Assembly (NCBI GenBank): GCA_031296325.1 | Contig: JARLFY010000004.1 | Coordinates: forward strand, 58-64,057 | DNA: 64,000 nucleotides | Origin: Acidobacteriaceae bacterium | GTDB taxonomy: Bacteria > Acidobacteriota > Terriglobia > Terriglobales > Acidobacteriaceae | Reading direction: 5' to 3' | Shown: piece after piece, positions 1 through 12,417 of the stretch | Numbering within the stretch: the stretch's first letter is position 1 | How the letters are laid out: each line of letters begins with the position of its first letter | The notes under the pieces: generated by a model | Told to the model about the DNA's origin: nothing | Database searches by the model: none | What the model saw: only the letters and a program-made list of their open reading frames with translations | Translations under genes and position numbers: made by a program

Positions 1-95
1 ATGACAAACAAAAAAGGCTACGGGATGACAAACAAAATAAGGTGTTGCGGAATGATAATGCGTTCTTGATCTATAGAAAATCCCGAAACTCTCTA
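1..95 (+). mobile_element. Right part of MITE-like element (truncated by window start)
   Basis: Tandem GGAATGACAAACAAA-like units, then right terminus ...ATCTATAGAAAATCCCGAAACTCTCTA matching the other copies; its last CTA is the pssA stop. Confidence 0.65.
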
Positions 96-962
96 CGCCG
101 GGTCTGGATCGCTGGGACGTCGTCGCAGCGAGCGCCAGGAGTAGGCGAGCCGCGTCATGATGCCGTAGATCAGGTAGGTATAGGCCAGAATCATCAGCAT
201 CCACTCTGACTTCCACGCAATGGCTGCGCCGGTTGCCGCAATCAGGATGAATCCACGCGCCGGATGACGGTCGCCGGAACTGACCGTCTTTGCGCTCCAG
301 AAGCGCCAGTTGCTGACCATTAGGTAGCTGGTCAGAAGCAGCAGGGAGAGCCATCCCAGCGAGGTCCACGGGTTGGCGATCGGGACCCCGTGGCGGAAGT
401 GGACGAGCGCTGCAATGACGCCCGCTCCCGCAGGAATCGGCATTCCGACGAAGTACTTGCGCCCCGGTTTGCCGGGATTGCGCGGCTGCGGATCGATGCT
501 GATGTTGAAGCGCGCCAGGCGGCTGGCTCCGCAGATGAGAAACAGGAAGCAGACGAAGACTCCGGCGTGAACCACGTTCTCGCGCAGGTCGAGATGCAGG
601 CCGAGAGGCAGCATGCGGAAGCCCCAGATGTAGGCCAGCAGGCTGGGAGCAACGCCGAAGGTGATGACGTCGGCCAGCGAGTCCAGCTCGCGGCCAAAGT
701 CGCTGGCCGTGTTGGTGACGCGCGCTACCAACCCGTCCAGTCCGTCGCACAGAACCGCGATGCCGATAGCCAATGCGGCATGGTCGAAGAAGACTGGCTC
801 TGCCACCGAGCCTTGTACGCTCTGCGTGATGGCGAAGTAGCCCGCAGCGATATTGGCGGCCGTAAACAGCGACGGCAGGACGTACATGCCGCGACTCGGC
901 TGACGCTTCGGCTTCTCGTCCAGCACACTCATCTCGCTTAGGTTCAACTGTTCGTCGGCCAT
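93..962 (-). CDS. pssA: CDP-diacylglycerol--serine O-phosphatidyltransferase
   Basis: CDP-alcohol phosphotransferase motif DGLDGLVAR...FGRELDSLADVITFG; RLARFN; directly downstream of psd. Confidence 0.92.
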   Translation of the reverse strand: MADEQLNLSEMSVLDEKPKRQPSRGMYVLPSLFTAANIAAGYFAITQSVQGSVAEPVFFDHAALAIGIAVLCDGLDGLVARVTNTASDFGRELDSLADVITFGVAPSLLAYIWGFRMLPLGLHLDLRENVVHAGVFVCFLFLICGASRLARFNISIDPQPRNPGKPGRKYFVGMPIPAGAGVIAALVHFRHGVPIANPWTSLGWLSLLLLTSYLMVSNWRFWSAKTVSSGDRHPARGFILIAATGAAIAWKSEWMLMILAYTYLIYGIMTRLAYSWRSLRRRPSDPDPA

Positions 963-1594
963 TAGTTCGCCACCTCGTTGGTGGGAATGACGGCCAGAAT
1001 GCTTGATCCGCCATGTACATGGCTTCCCAGTTTGACCTTCAAATCGGCCTCAGCGGGCATCAGAACATCGACCCGCGAGCCGAATTTGATCAGCCCGACG
1101 TGCTGGCCGCGCTCCACGTGGTCGCCCACCTTCACGGTGCAGACGATGCGCCGCGCCAGAAGTCCTGCAATCTGCTTGTAGCTGACCTCGTAGCCGCCCG
1201 CGTCGATCACAACCAGCGTCTGCTCGTTGGCCACTGCGGAGTTCGGATTCATGGCGTTCAGAAACTCTCCCTCGCGGTACTCGACCGCCCGCACCGTTCC
1301 GGCTACGGGAGCGCGGTTGACATGCACATTGAAGACGCTGAGAAAGATGCTGATGCGCAGACGGCTTCCTGCCGCTGTCTCGATCCACTCGGCCTGCGTG
1401 ACCACGCCGTCGCCGGGGGAGACGATCTCACCCGGCCCGGTGGGAATAATACGCGTCGGGTCGCGGAAGAACCACAGAAAGAACAGCGCCAGAATAATCG
1501 GCAACAGGGTCAACGACACCATGTGAGTCAGCAGCCACAGAAGCGTGGCGACGATGCCCAGCCCCAACGCATAGAAGTATCCATCACGAACCAT
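962..1594 (-). CDS. psd: Phosphatidylserine decarboxylase proenzyme
   Basis: FFRDP, VHVNRAP and the self-cleavage motif IKFGSRVD; overlaps pssA by 1 nt. Confidence 0.93.
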   Translation of the reverse strand: MVRDGYFYALGLGIVATLLWLLTHMVSLTLLPIILALFFLWFFRDPTRIIPTGPGEIVSPGDGVVTQAEWIETAAGSRLRISIFLSVFNVHVNRAPVAGTVRAVEYREGEFLNAMNPNSAVANEQTLVVIDAGGYEVSYKQIAGLLARRIVCTVKVGDHVERGQHVGLIKFGSRVDVLMPAEADLKVKLGSHVHGGSSILAVIPTNEVAN

Positions 1595-1747
1595 ATTGCC
1601 TCAGTATATAGCTTTGGCTTGCAGCGTCAGTGGCCCATGGTGAATTAGACGGGCAAGCCGGAGGGCTCACAGCGCGAACACGCCACGCCCGCAGAGTAAG
1701 AATTGCCCCTCTGCGTGCGTGGCGCGCTCTCCAAGACTCCAGACCGC

Positions 1748-2332
1748 TCAGACGGTAAGAATCTCTTTTTCCTTGGCTTTGAAGAGATCTTCGATGCGTT
1801 TGATCTCCCCGTCGGTCAGAACCTGAATCTCTTCGTTGGCGCGCTTTTCGTCGTCAGCGGAGATCAGTTTGTCCTTGGCGGCTTTCTTCACCAGTTCATT
1901 GCCGTCGCGCCGGATGTTGCGAATCCCGGTCTTGTGATCCTCCAGTATTCCGGCCAGATGCTTGACGGCATCCTTGCGTCGATCTTCCGTCATTGGCGGA
2001 ATCGGCACACGGATTACCTTGCCGTCGTGCATGGGATTGAAGCCGAGGTTGCTGGTGCGGATAGCCTTCTCGATGGCGGGGACCTGAGAGATCTCCCACG
2101 GCGTGACGAGGATGAGCTGCGCCTCGGGGGTGGAGATCTGCGCGATCTGCGCGATGGGCGTATCCGTGCCGTAGTAGTCGACCTTTACCTGGTCGAGCAT
2201 GTGAACGCTTGCGCGCCCGGTGCGTGTGGAGAGAAGGTTTGCGCGGAAGTCTTCAACCGTCTTCTCCATGCGGTCCTTGAGCTGTGCATGAACATCTTTC
2301 AACACCGGAATCGTTGCCATTATGGATGCCAT
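1748..2332 (-). CDS. frr: Ribosome recycling factor
   Basis: RTGRAS, PPMTEDRRKD and IRNIRRD motifs. Confidence 0.96.
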   Translation of the reverse strand: MASIMATIPVLKDVHAQLKDRMEKTVEDFRANLLSTRTGRASVHMLDQVKVDYYGTDTPIAQIAQISTPEAQLILVTPWEISQVPAIEKAIRTSNLGFNPMHDGKVIRVPIPPMTEDRRKDAVKHLAGILEDHKTGIRNIRRDGNELVKKAAKDKLISADDEKRANEEIQVLTDGEIKRIEDLFKAKEKEILTV

Positions 2333-2466
2333 AGTCTTGCCTATCCTCCCAATAATCCAAACTCGAAGTTCGTACGTTCAGTGTGCGACTTCGACTTGGC
2401 TATTCTACAGAGGTTGAGGGTAATTGAGTGGAGAGTTTTGTCGATGAGCCGCCTCAGTGTCGATAC

Positions 2467-2604
2467 GGTGTGTTTTCGGCAATGGTGTAGACCGTCGTGG
2501 AGTGAGCAAAAGCAGATTCCTCCGCTTCGCTACGGAATGACAAACAAAAAAGAGGCTATGGAATGACAAACAAAGAGGTCTATAGCAATCCCTGAAATGT
2601 TCTA
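2467..2604 (+). mobile_element. MITE-like element with REP core
   Basis: TTTTCGGCAATGGTGTAGACC...AGCAGATTCCTCCGCTTCGCTACGGAATGACAAACAAA (3' unit duplicated)...GGTCTATAGCAATCCCTGAAATGTTCTA; imperfect terminal inverted repeats. Confidence 0.75.
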
Positions 2605-3333
2605 GGTGGCCTGTCCGTAGGTGGCTTTGGGGCCGTGCTTGCGGAAGTAATGGCGGTCGAGCAGAGCCTGCGTGACCACGTTCACGTCCGGCTTGAGCGT
2701 CAGCGTCCGGTAGGCCATGCGAGCGATTGCCTCCAGAACTACGGCGTTGTGCGCAGCGTCGGCTGCGTCCTTGCCCCAGACGAAGGGAGCGTGTCCGGCG
2801 ACCAGACAGGCCGGCACGGCTAGCGGGTCAATCGCGGCGCGGGCTGGGCCGTCCGATCCGGCGGGCTTGGCGGCAAAGTGGCGCGCAATGGCGACTCCGG
2901 TCTCGTGAACGTAGCGTCCTGCGATGGCCTCGTCGCTCAGCGGAGCGGTGCAGGGAACCGGCCCGTAGAAGTAGTCGGCGTGGGTGGTTCCCAGCGCGGG
3001 AATGGCGAGTCCAGCCTGCGCAAAGCTGGAGGCAAACTCCGAGTGGGTATGTACCACCGCGCCAATCGTGGGGAACTCGCGATAGAGCAGGGTGTGCGTG
3101 TCCAGATCGGACGAAGGCTTCAGCGAACCCTCGACGACCTTGCCGTCGAGGTCGGTGACCACCATGTGCTCTGGCCGCAGATCGTCGTAGTCCACGCCCG
3201 AGGGCTTGATGACAACCAGTCCTTCGGCGCGATCCACGCCCGAGGCGTTGCCGAAGGTGTAGAGGACAAGGCCACGCTTTACCAGTTCAAGGTTGGCGTC
3301 GAGGACAGCGATGCGAAGATCTTTTAGCAGCAT
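2602..3333 (-). CDS. araD: L-ribulose-5-phosphate 4-epimerase (class II aldolase fold)
   Basis: TFGNASG, IKPSGV, PSSD, VHTHS, GTTHADYFYG, HYFRKHG..YGQ; start moved to the ATG at 3333. Confidence 0.93.
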   Translation of the reverse strand: MLLKDLRIAVLDANLELVKRGLVLYTFGNASGVDRAEGLVVIKPSGVDYDDLRPEHMVVTDLDGKVVEGSLKPSSDLDTHTLLYREFPTIGAVVHTHSEFASSFAQAGLAIPALGTTHADYFYGPVPCTAPLSDEAIAGRYVHETGVAIARHFAAKPAGSDGPARAAIDPLAVPACLVAGHAPFVWGKDAADAAHNAVVLEAIARMAYRTLTLKPDVNVVTQALLDRHYFRKHGPKATYGQAT

Positions 3334-3577
3334 ACGTAACAGAATAGTACGAATGCAGGGCGAATGGGAATGTTGACCAGAGCGTCGGCCATCCGGTTGT
3401 GCGACGACACTTAGGACGATTGGGTCATGCGCTGAGTTTTCTCCGCGCCTGCGACCTACTGGCAATTCGCGCACCACTTCGCTGGCCAAGTTGCAGCGAC
3501 CGGAGTTGACCTTGCGATCAACAAACTTTTCCAGTTCGGGCGCAATTTTTTGAGAGTATTACGAAAAGTCGTTGAAG

Positions 3578-3875
3578 AACAGCAGATTCCCTGCGGGAAT
3601 GACAAACAGAAGGACAGGCAACGGCAAGGGCGAACGACAGAGATTCTGGCTTCGCCAGAATGACGATGTGTGGGATTGTGCGTCTGTGAGAATGACGACG
3701 TGTGGGGTGGATGAGTGCGGTCGAGCTTTGCTCGATGCCCCTCCGGCAAGAAAACATTGGCATAGCATTCCCATCCATTTCCGCAAAAAACGCGGAAATG
3801 GATGGGGCACCCTGACAGTATTTTGTTGCCGAGTATATGGCGACGATAAAGCCGTCGCGAAGATGGGGCACCCGG
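3578..3875. repeat. Mosaic cluster of REP-like palindromes
   Basis: GCAGATTCCCTGCGGGAATGAC (3582), GATTCTGGCTTCGCCAGAATGAC (3642), CCCATCCATTTCCGC..GCGGAAATGGATGGGGCACCC (3770-3812), GCGACG..CGTCGCGAAGATGGGGCACCC (3840-3873). Confidence 0.75.
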
Positions 3876-3897
3876 ATTTGTGGCCGTTCAAGCTGGA

Positions 3898-6528
<2,631 letters not shown>

Positions 6529-6689
6529 CCTTTGATGCAGATTGTTCGGCGCACGGACTCACTCCGCGCCCACTAACCTGCTCGACAGCTTTCGCAGATC
6601 AGTATAGGACACAGCGAGGCAACTCATTTTGCCAAATACGCAGGAAATATGGACAGCGATTTCAGAGCCAAATGGAAATGGATCAAGAC

Positions 6690-7451
6690 CTAGTGCGGGC
6701 GGTCGGCCATGATGTCGTTGAAGGTTTTGAAGAAGCTGTGCTCATTGCCCTTGGCGGTGGCGGTGCGCAGCGGGAGGACGCGCTCGACGCAGATCTCTTC
6801 GGCGTTGGGGTTGGCGGTGAGTAGCTGCATGACCTCGGCGATGAAGGCTTCGAGCGGCATGGCGCGCGGGTCGTCTGGCTTCGAGCCCATCAGCTCGGTG
6901 GCGACCCAGGGCGGCACCAGCTCGGAGACGCGGACGGCGGTGTCTTTGAGCTGGTAGCGCAGCGACATCGTGTAGGAGTGGATTGCAGCCTTCGTGGCGC
7001 AGTAGGTGGGCGTGAAGGCCATCGGGATATAGGCGAGGCCAGAGGTAACGTTGAAGATCGTCGCCGAGGGCTGCTGGAGCAGGTGCGGCAGAAGTGCGGC
7101 GGTCATGCGGATGGGGCCGAGAATATTTGTCATAACCGTCGCCTCGGCTGTGGCGGTCTCGCCCTTCAGGATGTCCTCCGAGCGCATGATGCCCGCGTTG
7201 TTGAATAGGACGTTGAGCTTGGGGTAATCGCGAGTAAGTTGGGCGGCGACTGCGGCAATGCTGGCTGGGTCTTCGACGTCGAGAACCACAGACTTGATGC
7301 CGGGGTTGGCGGCGGTGACGGCATCGAGTGCGGATTGGCGGCGGCTGGCGATGATGACTTGGTTGCCGCGCTGGTGGAGCTGCTCGGCGAGCGCGCGGCC
7401 GATGCCGGTGGCTCCGCCCGTCATGAGAATTGTGTTTCCGGTGAGATTCAT
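6690..7451 (-). CDS. Short-chain dehydrogenase/reductase (DltE-like)
   Basis: TGGATGIG, NNAG, YCATK. Confidence 0.88.
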   Translation of the reverse strand: MNLTGNTILMTGGATGIGRALAEQLHQRGNQVIIASRRQSALDAVTAANPGIKSVVLDVEDPASIAAVAAQLTRDYPKLNVLFNNAGIMRSEDILKGETATAEATVMTNILGPIRMTAALLPHLLQQPSATIFNVTSGLAYIPMAFTPTYCATKAAIHSYTMSLRYQLKDTAVRVSELVPPWVATELMGSKPDDPRAMPLEAFIAEVMQLLTANPNAEEICVERVLPLRTATAKGNEHSFFKTFNDIMADRPH

Positions 7452-7487
7452 TGGGACTCCTGAGTTAGAAGTATGTAGAAGAAATAG

Positions 7488-7715
7488 GTCGGGCCTTCAG
7501 CCCTCGGTCTTTGTGCTGGACGTAACCCTAGGCCTTTGGCCTAGGCTGGTATAGAACGGGCCTTTGGCCCTTGCCAGACAATGACAAGAGCAAGAGCAAG
7601 AGCAAGAGCAACGACAACAGCAACGACAACAGCAACAGCAACGGCTAGTGGTGCGAGCGGTATTCATCCCACCCATCGCGATGTTGCTGCGATGGATGGG
7701 GCACCCGGCACCCGG
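7488..7715. repeat. REP-like palindromes plus hexamer tandem repeat
   Basis: GGGCCTTCAGCCC / CCTAGGCCTTTGGCCTAGG / GGGCCTTTGGCCC; (CAAGAG)n(CAACRR)n at 7585-7644; CCCACCCATCGC..GCGATGGATGGGGCACCC at 7668-7706. Confidence 0.75.
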
Positions 7716-7755
7716 CAGATTTGCTCGGAATAACTAACAAATTCTTAGATGCATG

Positions 7756-10065
7756 TTATGGCTTATCCGCTTCAAGGGGCTTGCGGGCGAAGTAGTAGAG
7801 GCTGAAGGCGAGCAGCGCGAACATGACGACGCTGACCCAGTCGTGGTGCAGCGGGTTGGCGTCGGTGAAGCGGAAGAGTTGCCAGTGGCCTCCGTGCTGC
7901 TCGGAAAGGCCTTCGAGCAGGCGCGCGCAGACGCCAAGCAAGCCGACGATTCCTCCGGCGGCGATCAGGCCTGAGGCGAAGAGGCTTCCCGGCGAGATCT
8001 CGCTCTCGGTGTCCAGCGTGGGGGTGACGCTGCCGGGAATCGGCTCGCCGGTGGCGGGGTCGATGGCGTCGGGGTTGGCGGCGACGTTGGCGCGGGCGCG
8101 TTGACGGACGAGGGCGCGATCGACCATCCAGCGCATCACTCCGCCGACGAAGATTGCCAGCGTGGTTGCGATGGAGAGATACGCTCCGACGGCGAAGGTG
8201 AGCGAGCGAATGCCGAGCAGTTCGACGACGATCACCAGCGCCACGCCGAGCAGAACCAGCGTCCAGGGCAGTTTGCGCGAGAGGATGCCGTTGATGACGG
8301 TGGCCATCAAGCGACCCTGCGGCGCGGCGGCCTTCTCGCTGCCGATGCCCTGAATCCACTGCACCTCGATCTGTCCGGTCGCGGGATTATAGAGGTACTT
8401 GCCGTCGTCGAGCGAGGAGGAGCCGATGGCGTTGAGCAGGATGAGTTGGCGCGTTCCGGTGAGTTGCTGTTTGGCATGGCTCTCGGAGTTGTGCGCAGAG
8501 AGCGAGATGGAGTCGCGCGAGAAGTTGCCCTTGTTCTGCACTCCGTCGGGAAGGTGAGCGAGCGAGAGAGCGATGGGCTTTGGAATGCGCTGGAACTGTT
8601 CGAGGCCGCGATTCATCGCGTTCAGTGTGGCTCCGATGGAGAAGATGCAGACGATGACGCCGATCATCAGTGCGAGCTGCTGCTTCCACGGGGTTGCTCC
8701 GATCAGGTAGCCGGTCTTGAGATCCTGACTGGTGTCGCCCGCGTTCGAGGCTGCGATGCAGACCACTCCGCCGATGGTGATGGCCAGTGCGCCAAAGGCG
8801 GGAGCGGTCCAGCCCTTGACGAGGAAGATCGCGCTGGTGGCCATCAGCGTCGCAATCGTCATTCCCGAAACGGGCGAGGCGGACGAGCCGACGATGCCGA
8901 CGATGCGCGCCGAGACGGTGACGAAGAGGAAGCCGAAGACGACGATCAGCAGCGCCGCAGAGGCATTCGCCAGCGGGCCGACGTAGGCTCCGGGGATGGG
9001 TTTGAACTGGAGAAAGAGGAAGATACAGACGATCAGCAACGCGCTGCCGCCGTAGACGACGATGGGGGGCAGATCGTGTTCCGTGCGCGCGGGGCGTGCC
9101 GCTGCGAGCTTTGCGCCGCCCTTTTTGAGTCCCTGCGTCAGTGCGCCGAAGATGGTGGGCAAGGTGCGAATCAGGGTGATGAGTCCAGCCGCAGCGACGG
9201 CTCCGGCGCCCATTGGACGGACGTAGGTGCGCCAGAGATCGGACGGCGACATGTCGCGAACCAGCACGGTTCCGGGGTAGAGCGGGGTGGAGAGATGCGA
9301 GCCGAAGAAGTAGATGGCGGGCATCAGGACGAGCCAGGAGAAGACGCCTCCGGCCAGCATGACGGCGGCCACGCGCGCTCCGATGATGTAGCCCACGCCG
9401 AGATACTCCGCCGTGCAGTTGGAGCGGACGGAGGCGCCTTTGAGCAGGTGTTGCGGGCCGAGGTCGGGATCGTACTTCGGCGTATCCGGCCAGAGGGCGA
9501 AGAGATCGCCGTTCTGGAAGAGGGTGTAGAGTCCGCCGAGACCGAGGCCAAAGAAGACGCGGGAGGCAAAGCTGCCGCCACGTTCGCCCGCCATCAGAAC
9601 ATCGGCGCAGGCGGTTCCTTCGGGATAGATCAGCGCGCCGTGCTCCTCGACGATGAGCTGGCGGCGTAGCGGAATCATGAAGAGAACGCCGAGCCATCCG
9701 CCGAAGAGCGCGAGGGCGAAGATGCGCGTCGACTCCAGATCGAAGCCGAGAAAGATCAGCGCGGGCAGGGTGAAGATGACTCCCGAGGCGATCGACTGGC
9801 CTGCGTTGCCGGTGGTCTGGACGATGTTGTTTTCGAGGATGCTGGCGCGACCGAAGGCGCGCAGAATCGAGATGGAGAGGACCGAAATCGGTATACTGGC
9901 CGCAACCGTAAGTCCAGCGCGCAGGCCGACGTAGACCGTCACTGCGCCAAAGAGAACGCCGAAGATGGCTCCCAGCAGAAGCGCGCGAACCGTCAGTTCC
10001 GGGCGCGACTCGGTTGCTGGAACGAAGGGCTTGAAGATAGGTTTTGAAGGCGTCGATACGGCCAC
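7756..10065 (-). CDS. OPT family oligopeptide / metal-chelate transporter
   Basis: ELTVRA, ENNIVQT, YPEGTACA, SQDLKTGYLIGATP, APQG motifs; GTG start after GGAGA. Confidence 0.9.
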   Translation of the reverse strand: MAVSTPSKPIFKPFVPATESRPELTVRALLLGAIFGVLFGAVTVYVGLRAGLTVAASIPISVLSISILRAFGRASILENNIVQTTGNAGQSIASGVIFTLPALIFLGFDLESTRIFALALFGGWLGVLFMIPLRRQLIVEEHGALIYPEGTACADVLMAGERGGSFASRVFFGLGLGGLYTLFQNGDLFALWPDTPKYDPDLGPQHLLKGASVRSNCTAEYLGVGYIIGARVAAVMLAGGVFSWLVLMPAIYFFGSHLSTPLYPGTVLVRDMSPSDLWRTYVRPMGAGAVAAAGLITLIRTLPTIFGALTQGLKKGGAKLAAARPARTEHDLPPIVVYGGSALLIVCIFLFLQFKPIPGAYVGPLANASAALLIVVFGFLFVTVSARIVGIVGSSASPVSGMTIATLMATSAIFLVKGWTAPAFGALAITIGGVVCIAASNAGDTSQDLKTGYLIGATPWKQQLALMIGVIVCIFSIGATLNAMNRGLEQFQRIPKPIALSLAHLPDGVQNKGNFSRDSISLSAHNSESHAKQQLTGTRQLILLNAIGSSSLDDGKYLYNPATGQIEVQWIQGIGSEKAAAPQGRLMATVINGILSRKLPWTLVLLGVALVIVVELLGIRSLTFAVGAYLSIATTLAIFVGGVMRWMVDRALVRQRARANVAANPDAIDPATGEPIPGSVTPTLDTESEISPGSLFASGLIAAGGIVGLLGVCARLLEGLSEQHGGHWQLFRFTDANPLHHDWVSVVMFALLAFSLYYFARKPLEADKP

Positions 10066-10147
10066 TTGGATGTTGTCTCCCGTGTTAAAAGGCTTCGATG
10101 GGAGTGTAACAGTCTTGGCGTTTTGATGATCTAAATGAGACAAGACG

Positions 10148-10342
10148 ACCACGGATCAACGCGGATAAGCACGGATTAAAGCATTTTAGGTAATGGTGTA
10201 GACCGTGTTACAACGAGAAAAAGCAGATTCCTCCGCTCCGCTGCGGAATGACAAACATGTTGGGTTATAGCAATTCCTAAAAGGCGCTATAAAGACAGAA
10301 CTGTTTTGTTTTATCCGTGAAGATCCGTGTTGATCCGTGGTT
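10148..10342. repeat. Palindromic (ACGGAT)3 element containing a nested MITE (10177-10289)
   Basis: ACCACGGATCAACGCGGATAAGCACGGAT ... ATCCGTGAAGATCCGTGTTGATCCGTGGT inverted arms, with the MITE and REP core inside. Confidence 0.8.
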
Positions 10343-10608
10343 GTTTTTGTTCTTTGAGCTATTTTTGAAGCGGCCATTTCCGGCTTACGACGGAATTGTT
10401 TCCATCTGGAATTACTGTCGTGGCGACGACGTTGTGGCGGATTCAGCCGGAAAAGATCTATAATTCGAGCATCGGCGCGGCCTAAGCGGCCTGGAGCGCC
10501 GTGTGAGCGAGGTGCATCTTCAGCAACAGACTGAATGAGAGTACGCTCCAGATTTCTCCCGGCGCGCCGCCAGGTGGCAACGCCGGATGGGGTGATGTTC
10601 GCGCGAGA

Positions 10609-11484
10609 ATGCTCCGTCCGCAAGGATTATCCGGTCGCTTGACCGCCGCGTTTCGTTCTGTTCTGGATGATCTGGTAACAACGGCTTTTCCCTCCGATTG
10701 CCGAGTCTGCAAGCTTCCTCTTCTACGTTCTACATTTCTGCCTGTCTGCGATCATTGTCGCTCCTCCGTCGCCCCGCAAAATATGACCATGTGCCGCATC
10801 TGCGGCGAAGCGCTCGATATTGACATGGAGAGCGCGCGTCTGGCGGGTTCAATGCTTGGCGAAGGACTGCTCTGCGATGAATGCCGCAACGATCCGCCGA
10901 AGTTTGAACGCGCTGTCTCTAGTGCGGTCTATCAGGACGAGTTGCGCGAGATGATTCACCTGCTGAAGTACGAACGGCTGGGCGGCGTTGCCGATGCGCT
11001 GGGCGATCTGCTTGCCGCATCCATTCTGAGCTTGCAGGACGAGGCGGCGCGGGAGTTGATCGTTGTTGCGGTTCCGCTGTTTCCGGCCAGGCAGCGACAG
11101 CGTGGGTATAACCAGTCCGCTCTGCTGGCTACAGCGGCGATCTCTCGGCTGCGGGAAAGCGCTCCCGCGTGGAGACTGCGCCCGCAGCACTCGCTGCTGG
11201 AGCGATGCCGCGATACAGCCAGCCAGTTTGAACTCTCTGCGCACCGGCGCAAACGAAATCTGCAAGGCGCGTTCCGGGCGAATGCGGAGGCAATTACGCC
11301 GGGCTGCGAGGTACTGCTGATTGACGACATTTTCACCACTGGAGCGACCGCTCGCGAGTGCGCGCGTGTGTTGCGTCGGGCGGGAGTTGGCAAGGTTTGG
11401 GTGGCGACGCTGGCCCGCGCACAGACTCCGCAGGTCGCGCTGTGGGAGGAGTCTCGCCGCAACGCTGTGCAGGGATTTACATAG
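10609..11484 (+). CDS. comF: ComF family protein (double zinc ribbon plus PRTase domain)
   Basis: Four CxxC pairs, RGYNQS, LLIDDIFTTGAT. Confidence 0.88.
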   Translation: MLRPQGLSGRLTAAFRSVLDDLVTTAFPSDCRVCKLPLLRSTFLPVCDHCRSSVAPQNMTMCRICGEALDIDMESARLAGSMLGEGLLCDECRNDPPKFERAVSSAVYQDELREMIHLLKYERLGGVADALGDLLAASILSLQDEAARELIVVAVPLFPARQRQRGYNQSALLATAAISRLRESAPAWRLRPQHSLLERCRDTASQFELSAHRRKRNLQGAFRANAEAITPGCEVLLIDDIFTTGATARECARVLRRAGVGKVWVATLARAQTPQVALWEESRRNAVQGFT

Positions 11485-11631
11485 CGGCAACAGGGTTGGA
11501 GCAATCTGGAAGAGAAGCATTACGGCACGAGCAAGCTGAGTAGAGCAAGACGGAAGCGTATTAGAAACTTCAACGTTCAAGAACATAACGCAGTGGATTC
11601 GGCAGCGAATCGGAAGCGGAGGGTTTGAGCG

Positions 11632-12315
11632 ATGCAAGCGTCTCCTACATCGTCGAAGGTGCGGAAGCAACGGGTGAGCGGAAGCCGCCATGCGGGTCGC
11701 GGGAGTGGACACAGCTCTCCGCGGATAACTACAGAACTGGACGTGCGGATTGGAGTCTTTCGCCAGCCCGCGATGCAGACTCCGGTGCTGGTTCTGAATG
11801 CGTCGTATGAGCCAATCAATATCTGCGGAGCGCGGCGGGCGCTGGTGTTGGTCCTGAAGGGAATCGCGCGCACCGAAGAGGAGCAGGGTACGGTGCTGCA
11901 TGCGGCGCGGGAGGATGTGGCGATGCCGAGCGTCATCCGCCTGCTGGAGTATCGCCGGATTCCGCACCAGACGCGCGCCCTCTCGCGCAAGAATATACTT
12001 CTGCGCGACCGCAACTCGTGCCAGTATTGCGGCATTATTCTGACCGCGAGCGAACTGACTCTGGATCATGTGATTCCTCGCTCGCGCGGCGGTCTTTCGA
12101 CGTGGGAGAACCTGGTTGCGTGCTGTCACGACTGCAATCGGCGCAAGGGAAATCAGTTGTTGCACGAGCTGACTGACATGAAGCTGATGCGCGAACCGCG
12201 CCCCTTCAGCCTGCATACATCGCGCCACATCATGCGTATGATCGGCTCGGCGGATCCAAACTGGAGACGTTATCTCTACTTCGATTCCGAGCCGGAGTTG
12301 CAGTTTGTCGCATGA
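11632..12315 (+). CDS. HNH endonuclease (McrA-like)
   Basis: VLVLNASYEP, RDRNSCQYCG, TLDHVIPRSRGG..WENLVACCHDCNRRKG; start may be the ATG at 11773. Confidence 0.88.
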   Translation: MQASPTSSKVRKQRVSGSRHAGRGSGHSSPRITTELDVRIGVFRQPAMQTPVLVLNASYEPINICGARRALVLVLKGIARTEEEQGTVLHAAREDVAMPSVIRLLEYRRIPHQTRALSRKNILLRDRNSCQYCGIILTASELTLDHVIPRSRGGLSTWENLVACCHDCNRRKGNQLLHELTDMKLMREPRPFSLHTSRHIMRMIGSADPNWRRYLYFDSEPELQFVA

Positions 12316-12417
12316 TGCATCAATATTGATTTCAATTCAGCGAGACGCAATCCATTCACGCAACGCGCACCGTTTCTTATGGAAGGAGCCTCTATCTCCG
12401 CTATACTCAAGACTCCC

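Noticed and set aside
11632-12315. HNH gene as a homing endonuclease or restriction-system component
   Set aside because: No intron, intein, methyltransferase or phage context visible
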